In this document: piece after piece, positions 48,387-58,018 of the stretch | Layout of the letters: each line of letters starts with the position of its first letter | How positions within the stretch are numbered: the first letter of the stretch is position 1 | IMG/VR virus record: IMGVR_UViG_3300005573_000001 | From: a virus | DNA: 64,000 bases | Direction: 5' to 3' (one strand) | Translations under genes and position numbers: made by a program | The notes under the pieces: generated by a model | Seen by the model: only the letters and a program-made list of their open reading frames with translations | Database searches by the model: none | Told to the model about the DNA's origin: nothing

Positions 48387-48701
48387 CTACTGCTTAGCAA
48401 TTAACTCGTTCAAGGCATCCCTAAACTCTATCATTTGTTCTTCTCCATTAAGATAGAGATCATTGTAGTAGACACCTTTACCGAACAAAGCCTTAAATGC
48501 CCTCTTAAGCCGCTGGAAGACGGTGTTAGGAGAAACACCAAAGGCAGAATCCTGCATACAGATATTATAATAAATCTCCGGCAGCTCGTTAGGCCACTCA
48601 TGTTTGCCCTTATCTACTACAAGCATAGTACAATGGTCAAAGCAACGAAGTACGACCGTACCCAAGTCACGATATGTATCCTCTTGTATTATCTTCTTCA
48701 T
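48387..48701 (-). CDS. Hypothetical protein
   Basis: GGAGG RBS. Confidence 0.55.
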   Translation of the reverse strand: MKKIIQEDTYRDLGTVVLRCFDHCTMLVVDKGKHEWPNELPEIYYNICMQDSAFGVSPNTVFQRLKRAFKALFGKGVYYNDLYLNGEEQMIEFRDALNELIAKQ

Positions 48702-48723
48702 GTTATGCCTCCTCCAGTATTCA

Positions 48724-48927
48724 TTATTTCAAACTCAACGGTTTAGATTCAACCCTACTGTTCCATCTAGCAGCTGCATCCGTTTTATCATATGCCACAT
48801 ATAAAAATGAACATCCACATTCACAGATAATCGAGTAGGGCTCTTGATCAGTAAGACCAGGATGCTTTTTCCCACCAACTATAGTAGCTTTTCCACCACA
48901 AAATGGGCACGGCTTCAACCTATCCAT
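48724..48927 (-). CDS. Lar-family restriction alleviation protein (copy 1)
   Basis: LKPCPFCGG...CECG...WNSR. Confidence 0.7.
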   Translation of the reverse strand: MDRLKPCPFCGGKATIVGGKKHPGLTDQEPYSIICECGCSFLYVAYDKTDAAARWNSRVESKPLSLK

Positions 48928-48943
48928 AATTTCCTCCGCTATA

Positions 48944-49366
48944 TTATTTCTTCTTAGACTTGTAGCGTGGTATAATTTTATATTCACTCCTGTCAACCCA
49001 TAGCATACCGCCACAATCATCTATAAGTTTCAAACTTCCATCTTCCCTTAAGAAGAAACCATCAAAATCATAATCATAAAGCTCGTCTTCATATTTCAGT
49101 CCAAGTACTCTATAATCTACGGGCGTTCCGTCCGCATTCATTACCTCAAACCCATCTAATTCATACGCTTCAGACTCAGCCCGACGGTTCCATATGTCGA
49201 TTGCATCCTTTTCGTCAGATGCTATATGAAGGAAGGCACACCCACATTTACAAATAACCGAATAAGGTTCCTTAGCAAAAGAATCGAGATATTTTTCTAC
49301 GCCAGCTATTTCAGCTTCGCCTCCACAGAACGGACATGGTTTCAATTTGTTCATAATTTCTTCCAT
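48944..49366 (-). CDS. Lar-family protein with C-terminal extension (copy 2)
   Basis: LKPCPFCGG...WNRR. Confidence 0.7.
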   Translation of the reverse strand: MEEIMNKLKPCPFCGGEAEIAGVEKYLDSFAKEPYSVICKCGCAFLHIASDEKDAIDIWNRRAESEAYELDGFEVMNADGTPVDYRVLGLKYEDELYDYDFDGFFLREDGSLKLIDDCGGMLWVDRSEYKIIPRYKSKKK

Positions 49367-49423
49367 ATAATATATGCCTCCTTTAAAGTTACCATCAAGT
49401 TACCATCAAGTTGCGCTCTGCGT

Positions 49424-49621
49424 TCATATATCATCCTCTTGAATGTTTAACGCGCGCTTAATTGGCAGAAGTATGTCGTTCAACACATTCAATACGTCTG
49501 CCTCAAAACCGTCTTCAAAGCTTTCGGAGTCGTTTAAAGCATCGTCTATGCCCTGTTCATATATCTGCTTGATATACTTAACTATTTTGTCGCGCACATC
49601 TTCATATCGTTCCGCATTCAT
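49424..49621 (-). CDS. Small hypothetical protein
   Basis: AGGAG RBS. Confidence 0.5.
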   Translation of the reverse strand: MNAERYEDVRDKIVKYIKQIYEQGIDDALNDSESFEDGFEADVLNVLNDILLPIKRALNIQEDDI

Positions 49622-49703
49622 GATTTTTTCTCCTATAAATCAGATTCAGTGCAGAGGTTCCAATGTATGGCTACCCGGATTCTCACCTTTTACTCGCGCT
49701 TTA

Positions 49704-50150
49704 TTAACATTGTTCTTTCTCCTTATCATCTACTACCACAGACTTATACCGTGGTATAATTTTATAATCCTTCCGTTTGACCCATACGCCCGACCCACAA
49801 TCGTCTACAAGTATCAAACTTCCATCTTCTCCTAAATAGAAGCCGTCAACATCACAATAGCAAATCTCGTCTTTATACTTCATTCCAAGTGCCCCATAAT
49901 CTACGGGCGTTCCGTCCGCATTTGTAATATCAAACCCATCTAATTCATACGGCTCAGATTCGGCTCGACGGTTCCATATGTCGATTGCCTCTTCTTCATA
50001 ATCAGCCACATATAAGAACGAACATCCGCACTCACAAGTAATCGAGTAAGGTTTTTTGTCAGGAAGATCAGGACATTCTTTCCCACCAGTTACTTTAGCT
50101 TCTCCGCCACAAAATGGGCACGGTTTCAATTTGCTCATGATCTCCTCCAT
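49704..50150 (-). CDS. Lar-family protein with C-terminal extension (copy 3)
   Basis: LKPCPFCGG...WNRR; close paralog of copy 2. Confidence 0.7.
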   Translation of the reverse strand: MEEIMSKLKPCPFCGGEAKVTGGKECPDLPDKKPYSITCECGCSFLYVADYEEEAIDIWNRRAESEPYELDGFDITNADGTPVDYGALGMKYKDEICYCDVDGFYLGEDGSLILVDDCGSGVWVKRKDYKIIPRYKSVVVDDKEKEQC

Positions 50151-50315
50151 TTAATACTTATCTCCTTTAAAGTTGCCAGCAAGTTACCGTCAAGTTACGT
50201 TCCGTTTCCCCTTTAATTTATTACCGTAGAACGCGCAGTAATTAGACTTGAGCTGCAAACAAATCTCTATATCTTTGGATTTCCTCAATATAAAATAACG
50301 AGTTTTAATACTTTC

Positions 50316-51161
50316 TCATTCCAAAACGACCTTCGCAAGCTCCAAAGCAAGCGAGTATTCACGAAAGTGCTTGCTATCGCCATGTACTTCCCTTATTCGC
50401 TTTTCAAATTCCTCAAAGGTGCCAAACCAGCAACCAGCGCGGACGAAATAACCCTCCTCACCCTTAAAGAAATAGGTCTTGCGCTTCTGAGACCCTATTC
50501 TGTCGCAAGCAAAGTATTGTCCATTAGTTATTTTGCCGTCCTCAAAACTACACTGCTCAAGTCTACACCCCGAACCGAATCGGCAGTACATGCCGAAGAT
50601 GCACCTCGGGCTAAATCTGCATTCATCACCGAAGATGCACCTCGGACCGAAGATGCAGTCATCGCCGAATCTGCACACATCACCGAGAATACACCACGCG
50701 CCGAAGATGCAGTCATCACCGAAAATACACCATGCGCCGAAGCTGCACCTCGCACCGAATCTGCAGTCATCGCCAAATCTGCAGTCATCACCAAAAATGC
50801 ACCACGCGCCGAAGCTGCACCTCGCACCGAATCTGCACTCCGTGCCGAAGATGCACCTCGGACCGAAGCTGCACTCATCGCCGAATCTGCACTCCGCGCC
50901 GAATCTGCACTCCACGCCGAAGCTACTTCCTTCACTAAAGTCACATCCCGGGTCAAAGACACACCCAGCACCAAACTTACACTGTGCGCCAAAGACGCAC
51001 TTCCAATAAAAGAGACACTCCGTGCCAAAGATACAGTTAGCATCAAAGACACACACTTCAGCGAAATTAGACACTGCAGTATAGTCTCCCGTTGGACACA
51101 GTAACCGACCATGGACATCCCGCTCAAAAGTGTTCAAGTCGCTTTTCGTATAAGCTCGCAT
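50316..51161 (-). CDS. Cys-rich hexapeptide (CxFGxx) repeat protein, paralog 2
   Basis: Long run of CxFG repeats with 18-bp DNA periodicity. Confidence 0.75.
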   Translation of the reverse strand: MRAYTKSDLNTFERDVHGRLLCPTGDYTAVSNFAEVCVFDANCIFGTECLFYWKCVFGAQCKFGAGCVFDPGCDFSEGSSFGVECRFGAECRFGDECSFGPRCIFGTECRFGARCSFGAWCIFGDDCRFGDDCRFGARCSFGAWCIFGDDCIFGAWCILGDVCRFGDDCIFGPRCIFGDECRFSPRCIFGMYCRFGSGCRLEQCSFEDGKITNGQYFACDRIGSQKRKTYFFKGEEGYFVRAGCWFGTFEEFEKRIREVHGDSKHFREYSLALELAKVVLE

Positions 51162-51191
51162 ATACACATTATCTCCTAGCGACGTCACCTG

Positions 51192-51659
51192 TCAAGCTGA
51201 CTTCTTAAGATCAGAGTACACAACATATGCCGCATGAAGCTGTTCTCCGGTGAATTGTGGTTCTGTTTCTCTTATCTTGACAACTATTTTTTCTTTGGCG
51301 TCATATCCATGTTGACTCCAGTATGCAATAGATGCAATAAGCTCGTACCACTGAACAACACCGATCTGTAAACCATTCTTCTCAATTTTATCCTCAAGGG
51401 CATTTACCTTTGAAATCATGGCAGCATAGTGAGGCTTGAAACTGTTTTTTTCGATAGAATCAAAACCTTCAAGGATAACCTGATAAGCTACATCCGTCAA
51501 ATCAGTAGAGTAAGGTCCATGAATATACCAACTATATCCATATCCAAGAGGCAAACCTATATCTTGAGCAAGAAAGACCTTCCTCTGCAGAAGGATTCTA
51601 TCAGCTATAGTTCTAAGCGAGCGACACCTCAAATCACGTAAGGCGATCGCGGTTGCCAC
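51192..51659 (-). CDS. SocA/Panacea(DUF4065)-like or YwgA-like protein, possibly N-terminally damaged
   Basis: LQRKVFL...YSWYIHGPYS.DL. Confidence 0.45.
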   Translation of the reverse strand: MATAIALRDLRCRSLRTIADRILLQRKVFLAQDIGLPLGYGYSWYIHGPYSTDLTDVAYQVILEGFDSIEKNSFKPHYAAMISKVNALEDKIEKNGLQIGVVQWYELIASIAYWSQHGYDAKEKIVVKIRETEPQFTGEQLHAAYVVYSDLKKSA

Positions 51660-51789
51660 CTAAGAAGTATTCATTCCTATATGCTCCTGATAATATCCTC
51701 AGTTCCATGATCCAAATCTATAGGTTACACTTATTACAACCTCACCACAATAAACACGGACTTCATACATCCTGCTTATGGTTTTTGCT

Positions 51790-52029
51790 TTATCCTACGA
51801 CCCAATGATTGCCGCAGCTTTGGCATACGGCTTCGGAGCGGGTGACGCTCTTTATTTTCTGCCTTCCGAACAGCTTTACTATGAGGGCGGGGATAAAGAA
51901 AAATACCCATTTAAAGATTACCCACCACCATCCGATAAGCAGCCACCATATCACGCCGTGCCGCTTATTTTTGATATGCGTCACGGCTTGGACGTTGACG
52001 TTTTCACTTCCGCATTTTGAGCATTTCAT
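51790..52029 (-). CDS. Small zinc-ribbon membrane protein
   Basis: CSKC...hydrophobic Trp-rich segment...CQSCG. Confidence 0.65.
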   Translation of the reverse strand: MKCSKCGSENVNVQAVTHIKNKRHGVIWWLLIGWWWVIFKWVFFFIPALIVKLFGRQKIKSVTRSEAVCQSCGNHWVVG

Positions 52030-52055
52030 GAAAAAACCCCTCCATGTATTAATAT

Positions 52056-52811
52056 TTACGCTTCACTTCGACGACCTTGCCGAAGATGTAATATCTCAGA
52101 CTCATGCAGATGCTCACACCACCGCAAATACGTATACCACCCCTTGGGAAACCGCTTTATTTCCCGACCCACTACAGTAGTCAGACTATCTTTGACAAAC
52201 ACTGGTACGCGAAACACCTTTGCATACTCGAGCATTTCGTCAATCCATTCCTTTTTAGCCACGCCCTGCGGCTTCCCATTCTTCGTTAGGTCTCCAATAA
52301 TCCACCACATACAGTCCAGGTCTGCGAGGACTTCCGGTACAATACGTTCAAGGAGAGGCTCAAAGGATATAAAGTCTGCGCCGCCTATGTCAACGACCGC
52401 CTGTGCTTGAGCACTGGTTGTAACAGTAGCACCAATAAAAAACCTTACATTAGTAAGGTTGTCTGAGCTTACCTCAGCTTGCAGCTGGCGCAACTTGTCA
52501 TACCTTCTCGTAAGTGCCAGATAGATATTATGAGGATTATCGCTCATAGCATCATAGGTGGCATCTCTCCATTCATTCTTCCAAGAGCCAATATCACTCA
52601 TGGTATCAACACAGACGATCGCAGGCTTCCTTGTATGGAACTCCTTAAGCCTCTCAGGGAAATATTGAGGTTGTGAGAAATCAGAGATGAACTTGAAGCG
52701 GTCGTTCATCGCCTGTGCATAGCAGTATTCACAGCCAATACTACACCCAATGACGGGATTTACTATCCGCTGACACCACGCAGTCCCAGTCCACTTCATA
52801 TACGGCTCCAA
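52056..52811 (-). CDS. Gp37Gp68/DUF5131-family radical-SAM-like protein
   Basis: NPVIGCSIGCEYCYA, MSD, SFEPLL, VPVFVK. Confidence 0.75.
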   Translation of the reverse strand: MEPYMKWTGTAWCQRIVNPVIGCSIGCEYCYAQAMNDRFKFISDFSQPQYFPERLKEFHTRKPAIVCVDTMSDIGSWKNEWRDATYDAMSDNPHNIYLALTRRYDKLRQLQAEVSSDNLTNVRFFIGATVTTSAQAQAVVDIGGADFISFEPLLERIVPEVLADLDCMWWIIGDLTKNGKPQGVAKKEWIDEMLEYAKVFRVPVFVKDSLTTVVGREIKRFPKGWYTYLRWCEHLHESEILHLRQGRRSEA

Positions 52812-52823
52812 CTAACTATAGAA

Positions 52824-53102
52824 CTAGAATGGTGCATCATTAGTGAGCTCGAGAGCACGCTCGTTACAATAAGAACCATCGGCCGGAATCTCAGTTATCG
52901 CACCCTTAATAAATCTTATCAGAGACCTAGTTAATAATCTATCAAACACAATCAATGTATCCTGATCAGGCTCACCATGCGGTATTCTAATGCTCATTCT
53001 TCCTTCACTATTATACGCGATCTGCGGTCCTAAGGACCCATAAGTATTAAAAACCTGACGTTCGAACGGATACTTCGTCCTATCTATTATTTCTACACTC
53101 AT
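52824..53102 (-). CDS. Hypothetical protein
   Basis: ORF with RBS. Confidence 0.5.
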   Translation of the reverse strand: MSVEIIDRTKYPFERQVFNTYGSLGPQIAYNSEGRMSIRIPHGEPDQDTLIVFDRLLTRSLIRFIKGAITEIPADGSYCNERALELTNDAPF

Positions 53103-53125
53103 ACCTCTTGTCCTTCCATGCTAAA

Positions 53126-53428
53126 CTATGCGATAGCAAATCCACATAGATAGTCAAACTGTTCAGGCGCAGTTATAGGTTTATATGTTTTAGTTTCACC
53201 ATCAAACTTATAAAACCACCGATTATCACCGAACGCATACTGATAAAGCCCAGGCTTGATGTACTCAACTACGCAGTAATCATAGACATCCTCACGTATG
53301 TCACAGAAATTAGACACAACAGTATTATGTGCTTCATCAAACGTAGGATAATAACCAACACACCTAGTCTTACCTAAATCTATGTCTTCAGATAAGCGCT
53401 CTATCATCGTTATAAAGTACATCTTCAC
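53126..53428 (-). CDS. Phage hypothetical protein
   Basis: RCVGYY...N.CDI.E..YDY.VVE. Confidence 0.6.
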   Translation of the reverse strand: MKMYFITMIERLSEDIDLGKTRCVGYYPTFDEAHNTVVSNFCDIREDVYDYCVVEYIKPGLYQYAFGDNRWFYKFDGETKTYKPITAPEQFDYLCGFAIA

Positions 53429-53453
53429 TCCTCGCTAATAAAGAACTAGATAT

Positions 53454-53777
53454 TCAATGGCCCTTGATACCGGTCATTCTATCTTCCGATATTACAGCAT
53501 ACCGTACGAGTGTCGTCAGTATCTGCGCAATCTCTTGAGGAGTCCCGGAGTCAAGTTTTCCTAACATCTGCTGCTCCGCTATCCTTTTCTGTTCTTTAAG
53601 GGCAGCTATCCTAAGCATAAGACTACCAGCTTCATCCTTTGGAACGGTCTTCTTTCCTTCGTGCACCTTGTGTTCTATATCCCTAGCTATCATAAGAAGG
53701 CCATCAGATGCTGCAACATACTCATTTGCCCAATCCATAAGAGTCATCTCTGCAAAGTCTTTATTCATACTAGACAC
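53454..53777 (-). CDS. Hypothetical protein
   Basis: ORF. Confidence 0.45.
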   Translation of the reverse strand: MSSMNKDFAEMTLMDWANEYVAASDGLLMIARDIEHKVHEGKKTVPKDEAGSLMLRIAALKEQKRIAEQQMLGKLDSGTPQEIAQILTTLVRYAVISEDRMTGIKGH

Positions 53778-53809
53778 TCACTTTCATACTAATATTACAA
53801 GACGCTTCT

Positions 53810-54712
53810 CTAGTGCACTGGAATCTCGGGCGTCACTACAGAAGACATAGGGTTGCCGTTATAGCAACCACCAGCTCTAAAGAGAAGCTCACTCGAAATA
53901 AAGCCGGCAGCACCTCGATGTCCACCTCCACCATAAAGCTCAGCTATCCTGCTACAGTCAACGTCCTTATCAGTCGAAAAGATACTGTAGATGAACTTAG
54001 TGCCATCAAACACCCAAGTCATAACCAGAGGATAATTATGCTGACCAAATATCCAACTATTAGACTTTCTATTAACTACTCTACAGGGATAACCGCAAAG
54101 CTCAATATCATAGGCAAAGCTATCCCTATACTGTGCATAGTCACGATCAATGTAGTACTTGATAGGCTGACCACGGTCAATGAAAGCAGAACCAGTAGGA
54201 TCACTAAAAAGAGTATGCCAAACATCGCTTAAGGGATCGTAATCAAAAACCTCAATGCCAAGCTTAAAGCATGTAGTATCAGGATCATAAGCATAGGTCC
54301 ATGTATCATAATCACTTACTAGCTTAAGAAAGTAAGGTATAGCATCCCAAGAACAATTAAAGAGAAACATATAGGTTAGAGCAGCGCCCGAAGCTTCATC
54401 AGAACGAATACCATCAATAGATTTTAACCAAGTATAGCCGGGGTCCTCTTGAAGATTTATACTTGAAGTATGGTGATCTATCCAAATAACGTGACAGCCT
54501 CGGTGTAAAAGAGTAGCTAGGGCATCGACAGTATGCTTGGTAAAGGAGTAATCCACAAAGTAGACACGTTCACCGTGTAGAACCCGACCCAAGGGCAGGG
54601 GATGAGCATAATTTACCTTAAAGTAGGCAGCAGGATCGTAGTTACACGTATATCTAGCGACTACAGCTGCCGCAGCCTTGCCATCCAAATCATCGTGATA
54701 AAAGCACTTCAT
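53810..54712 (-). CDS. DHH-family phosphoesterase
   Basis: HDDLDG, VDYS, IDHH, GGGGHRGAAG. Confidence 0.88.
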   Translation of the reverse strand: MKCFYHDDLDGKAAAAVVARYTCNYDPAAYFKVNYAHPLPLGRVLHGERVYFVDYSFTKHTVDALATLLHRGCHVIWIDHHTSSINLQEDPGYTWLKSIDGIRSDEASGAALTYMFLFNCSWDAIPYFLKLVSDYDTWTYAYDPDTTCFKLGIEVFDYDPLSDVWHTLFSDPTGSAFIDRGQPIKYYIDRDYAQYRDSFAYDIELCGYPCRVVNRKSNSWIFGQHNYPLVMTWVFDGTKFIYSIFSTDKDVDCSRIAELYGGGGHRGAAGFISSELLFRAGGCYNGNPMSSVVTPEIPVH

Positions 54713-54721
54713 TAGAGTCTC

Positions 54722-55054
54722 CTAATCAGAACTAAGTTTTCTAGCAGCTACTTTGGATAAGTGACGAGCAATAAGATCCCAGTCAAGGTCATCACCAAAC
54801 AAAAGACTACGCATCATACTCAGCTTCTCAGCAGTACCAACCAAATCAATACCAAAGGAGTCAATCAAACGGGTTACATAGGTAGAAGCATTACAGGTAT
54901 TCCGGGACAAAATGTCACTTAAGTCATAGAGCACAGAGATAGCAGTACCAAAGAGACGGAGAAGAGAAGCATTCTCCGCAGCATAATACTCTATATCAGA
55001 GAAGGAAGGAAAGAGAGACCTAGCCACAGTATTCACCACCTTTAAGTATAGCAT
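54722..55054 (-). CDS. Hypothetical protein
   Basis: ORF. Confidence 0.45.
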   Translation of the reverse strand: MLYLKVVNTVARSLFPSFSDIEYYAAENASLLRLFGTAISVLYDLSDILSRNTCNASTYVTRLIDSFGIDLVGTAEKLSMMRSLLFGDDLDWDLIARHLSKVAARKLSSD

Positions 55055-55082
55055 AACAGATAATAGTAATAAAAGTCAAGAC

Positions 55083-56030
55083 CTAGAGGTCAGAAATAAG
55101 AACAGTAAGTATAGCACGTACAAGAGGTGTGTAGAGATCTGGCGGAGCAGTCTGTCCAAAGTAAGCATCAGAGGTAAAGAGGCCATCAAGAGTACGAATA
55201 AAAACACCCTCACGCCCCTTAAAGAAGGAACAAAACGGTGCACTGAGAGTGACGACAGCAGTAACACCAGTAAGTGCCCCAGATTCAATACTAACAGTAG
55301 GACTAAAGACGGTAGAGGAAGGCAAAGAACAGGCGGAACCAAGACGACAAGAAGGGCCAAGAGAACAACTAGAACCAAAACGGGCAGAGGAGCCAACTGT
55401 AACAGAGGAACCAAAGGAGCAACCAGAACCAAAGGAGGCATAAGGAGCAATATGAATGTTAGAAGCAAAACTACAGACATCACCGAAGGTACAGTTGGAA
55501 CCAAAGACGCAACGAGGACGAAAGGTACAAAGGGTAGGGAAGGAGCAAAAGTCGCCAAAGGTGCAGAAGGCACCAAAGGAAGAAGACCTACCGAAGGAAG
55601 TTCTGGGAGCAAAAGAACAGTACTGACCAAAGAGACAATAAGGACCAAACGAGGCTATATCACGGAAGGAACAAGCACGAAGGAATACAGAGTGAGAACC
55701 AAAGGAAGCCGTGTCGAGGAATCGGCAACGGGGGAAAAACGTAGTATGACCGGCGAAGAAACAAGGGCCATGAAAAACACACTTACCCTTAAAGCAACAA
55801 TACTGACCGAAGGAAGAGTAGGCCTCAAAGGTACAGCCGGCACCGAAGGTACAGCTATCACCAAAGGTCATCCGAGCAGAAAAGACAGTATTATCTGCGA
55901 AGACCGAACTAAAAGCAAAAGCACAAGGAGCAGGAAAGTGCTCGATGAGAGTATAATCTCCAGTAGGACAAAGCAAAAGGCCTTCTACCGTAGGGAACAT
56001 AAGAAGGTCAGAAAGAGTATAGGTAGTCAT
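55083..56030 (-). CDS. Cys-rich hexapeptide (CxFGxx) repeat protein, paralog 3 (diverged)
   Basis: LLCPTGDYT N-cap, CxFG repeats, FFKGREG. Confidence 0.65.
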   Translation of the reverse strand: MTTYTLSDLLMFPTVEGLLLCPTGDYTLIEHFPAPCAFAFSSVFADNTVFSARMTFGDSCTFGAGCTFEAYSSFGQYCCFKGKCVFHGPCFFAGHTTFFPRCRFLDTASFGSHSVFLRACSFRDIASFGPYCLFGQYCSFAPRTSFGRSSSFGAFCTFGDFCSFPTLCTFRPRCVFGSNCTFGDVCSFASNIHIAPYASFGSGCSFGSSVTVGSSARFGSSCSLGPSCRLGSACSLPSSTVFSPTVSIESGALTGVTAVVTLSAPFCSFFKGREGVFIRTLDGLFTSDAYFGQTAPPDLYTPLVRAILTVLISDL

Positions 56031-56031
56031 A

Positions 56032-56412
56032 CTAAGAGCTCGGCTGAAGATAGTCAGCAGGACCCATACCATCAACAGGAAACGGCGGGCAAGAAGGACA
56101 AATAATGTTTACCATAGTAGGAGTAGCATCCTCTACAGAATAGATGGTGAAGGTAGGATAAGGAAGACCATTAGAGCGAAGATGATCAGCTGGTATATCA
56201 GTAACACAATCAACTGCAGAAGCAAAGATCGGGGCTAAAGCGCTAACATAAGCATCGTAGGACAAGCCGGCACGACGTAAGGCAACATGATTAGAATGAA
56301 TAATATGGGCAGCATCAGCCGCAGCCAACCGCGTCGGGAAAAGCAAGAGACTCCAAGAAAGAAAGCCAAGCTTAGTAAAGTAAAGGGCAATCCCATACAG
56401 ACAGTTAGACAT
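56032..56412 (-). CDS. Hypothetical protein
   Basis: GAGGA RBS. Confidence 0.45.
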   Translation of the reverse strand: MSNCLYGIALYFTKLGFLSWSLLLFPTRLAAADAAHIIHSNHVALRRAGLSYDAYVSALAPIFASAVDCVTDIPADHLRSNGLPYPTFTIYSVEDATPTMVNIICPSCPPFPVDGMGPADYLQPSS

Positions 56413-56420
56413 AATAATCC

Positions 56421-57116
56421 TCAGTCACGAGAAGCAAATATAACAAATTCGTCACGGGGATGGGCATAACTATAAGCCACCAGCGTCAACATAGAAGAGA
56501 AATCGGAGGGAAGATCAAAGTAGAGAGCAGACGAACGGAGACCAGAGACATAGGCAGATAAATCGTCATAGGACGCACATAACGGATGTTTATCCAGAAC
56601 AGTTGACTTACAAACAGCAAAGACAGTGTAAGGAATATGCTGCTCATACAAAGTAGACAAGTAAATTAAACGATTAGCGGCAGCGAACGTAGGAGACATA
56701 TAGGCACGCAAGGGACCAAAGACAACACCAGCGTCATAGCCATAAAGGATAAGATTCTGGGAGAGCGGATCAATACTACAGGCAGAATCCATATATACAG
56801 CACCATAACGGGCAGAACCGGCTAGAGTAGAGTCAGCACGACGCGAATCACCGGTAAAGTAGAGCCGGGCAAAATCCAAGGAGTCAATCGTAAGAACACC
56901 AGCTAAATCAGGATATTGATCCAGGAGGTCAGAGTAGTAATTCTGTTTGGATACAACCTGAGTAGACGGAATCTCATAGAGAGGAACAAGAATAGTAGGA
57001 GGCATAGACGGGGTAGTAACAGGAGGCGGCGCAGCATCGACACCAGCATAGATAAATGTCAATACCAGAACCACAAGAAAGAACAGAAAGAAGATCTGGA
57101 TATAGAGACGTTTCAT
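56421..57116 (-). CDS. Class B sortase-like membrane protein lacking catalytic His/Cys
   Basis: N-terminal TM; GAVYMD, NLILYGY, STLY, Y.VFAV, LTLVAY. Confidence 0.6.
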   Translation of the reverse strand: MKRLYIQIFFLFFLVVLVLTFIYAGVDAAPPPVTTPSMPPTILVPLYEIPSTQVVSKQNYYSDLLDQYPDLAGVLTIDSLDFARLYFTGDSRRADSTLAGSARYGAVYMDSACSIDPLSQNLILYGYDAGVVFGPLRAYMSPTFAAANRLIYLSTLYEQHIPYTVFAVCKSTVLDKHPLCASYDDLSAYVSGLRSSALYFDLPSDFSSMLTLVAYSYAHPRDEFVIFASRD

Positions 57117-58018
57117 AAGTACACCTCAGAATGTACAGGAGCATAAGGAGTCAGAAGTATTTCGATAGCAGAAACAAGCGACAACCAAGTAGAGAGACGA
57201 TCCCTAGGAACACAAGAGGACAACCTAGGAGTGAACTCAGATAAGGGACCGTTAAAGTTAAGAGGACCAGAACCATGTGCATAAACATAGATAGCACGAT
57301 GCCGATCAAGGTAGAAAGTGAAAGGAATACCAGAAAAAACGACAAGGGAGTAGTCAAGGGAAGACGTAATATAGGCATCAAGGGCTAAGCCAATAGCAGA
57401 GCTAACAATAGCAGAACCAGTGACAATAGCATTACTAGAAATAGTCGCAGGAGCGGAAATTCTTACAAAGCCATCTACATGAGCATGGCCGCCAACAGAA
57501 GCACCATAGGCAAGTATAGCGTGTCCGCCCACGGTAGCATGGCCCCGAACAACCACACTATTACCTAGGATAGCAAAAGCACTGACCTGAGCATGATCCA
57601 AGACAGTACAGTCATTCAAATGAGAGTTCCCATGAACGAGAGCAGAACCAGCAACCAGAGTAGCACCAGCTACACGAGCACCACCAAAAACAGAAGCTTT
57701 CTCAGTAACAGTAGCGGAGTCAGTAACAATAGCAGCGTCGAAAACAGAGGCAGAGCCACTAACGACAGCATTACCAGACACAAGGGCGTTTCCATAAACC
57801 TTAGCATCATCCCCTATCCAACAGAGACCAGTCTGGGAGAGATTATTAGGGGATTGCACCCAGCCGCCTTGAACACCCGGAGGAACACAAGGCAAACCGT
57901 CAACAGCAACAATACGACGCAGACAAACACCCTTATGCACCAGAGTATCGTCAGACAAAGCAAACTTAGGCAAAGTTCGGTCCTCCAGAAGAGATAGCAT
58001 CAAGATACGCTTCCTCAT
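57113..58018 (-). CDS. Left-handed beta-helix (hexapeptide repeat) phage protein
   Basis: GGWVQS..NLSQ.G.CWIGDDAKVYGNA.VSGNA repeats. Confidence 0.75.
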   Translation of the reverse strand: MRKRILMLSLLEDRTLPKFALSDDTLVHKGVCLRRIVAVDGLPCVPPGVQGGWVQSPNNLSQTGLCWIGDDAKVYGNALVSGNAVVSGSASVFDAAIVTDSATVTEKASVFGGARVAGATLVAGSALVHGNSHLNDCTVLDHAQVSAFAILGNSVVVRGHATVGGHAILAYGASVGGHAHVDGFVRISAPATISSNAIVTGSAIVSSAIGLALDAYITSSLDYSLVVFSGIPFTFYLDRHRAIYVYAHGSGPLNFNGPLSEFTPRLSSCVPRDRLSTWLSLVSAIEILLTPYAPVHSEVYL

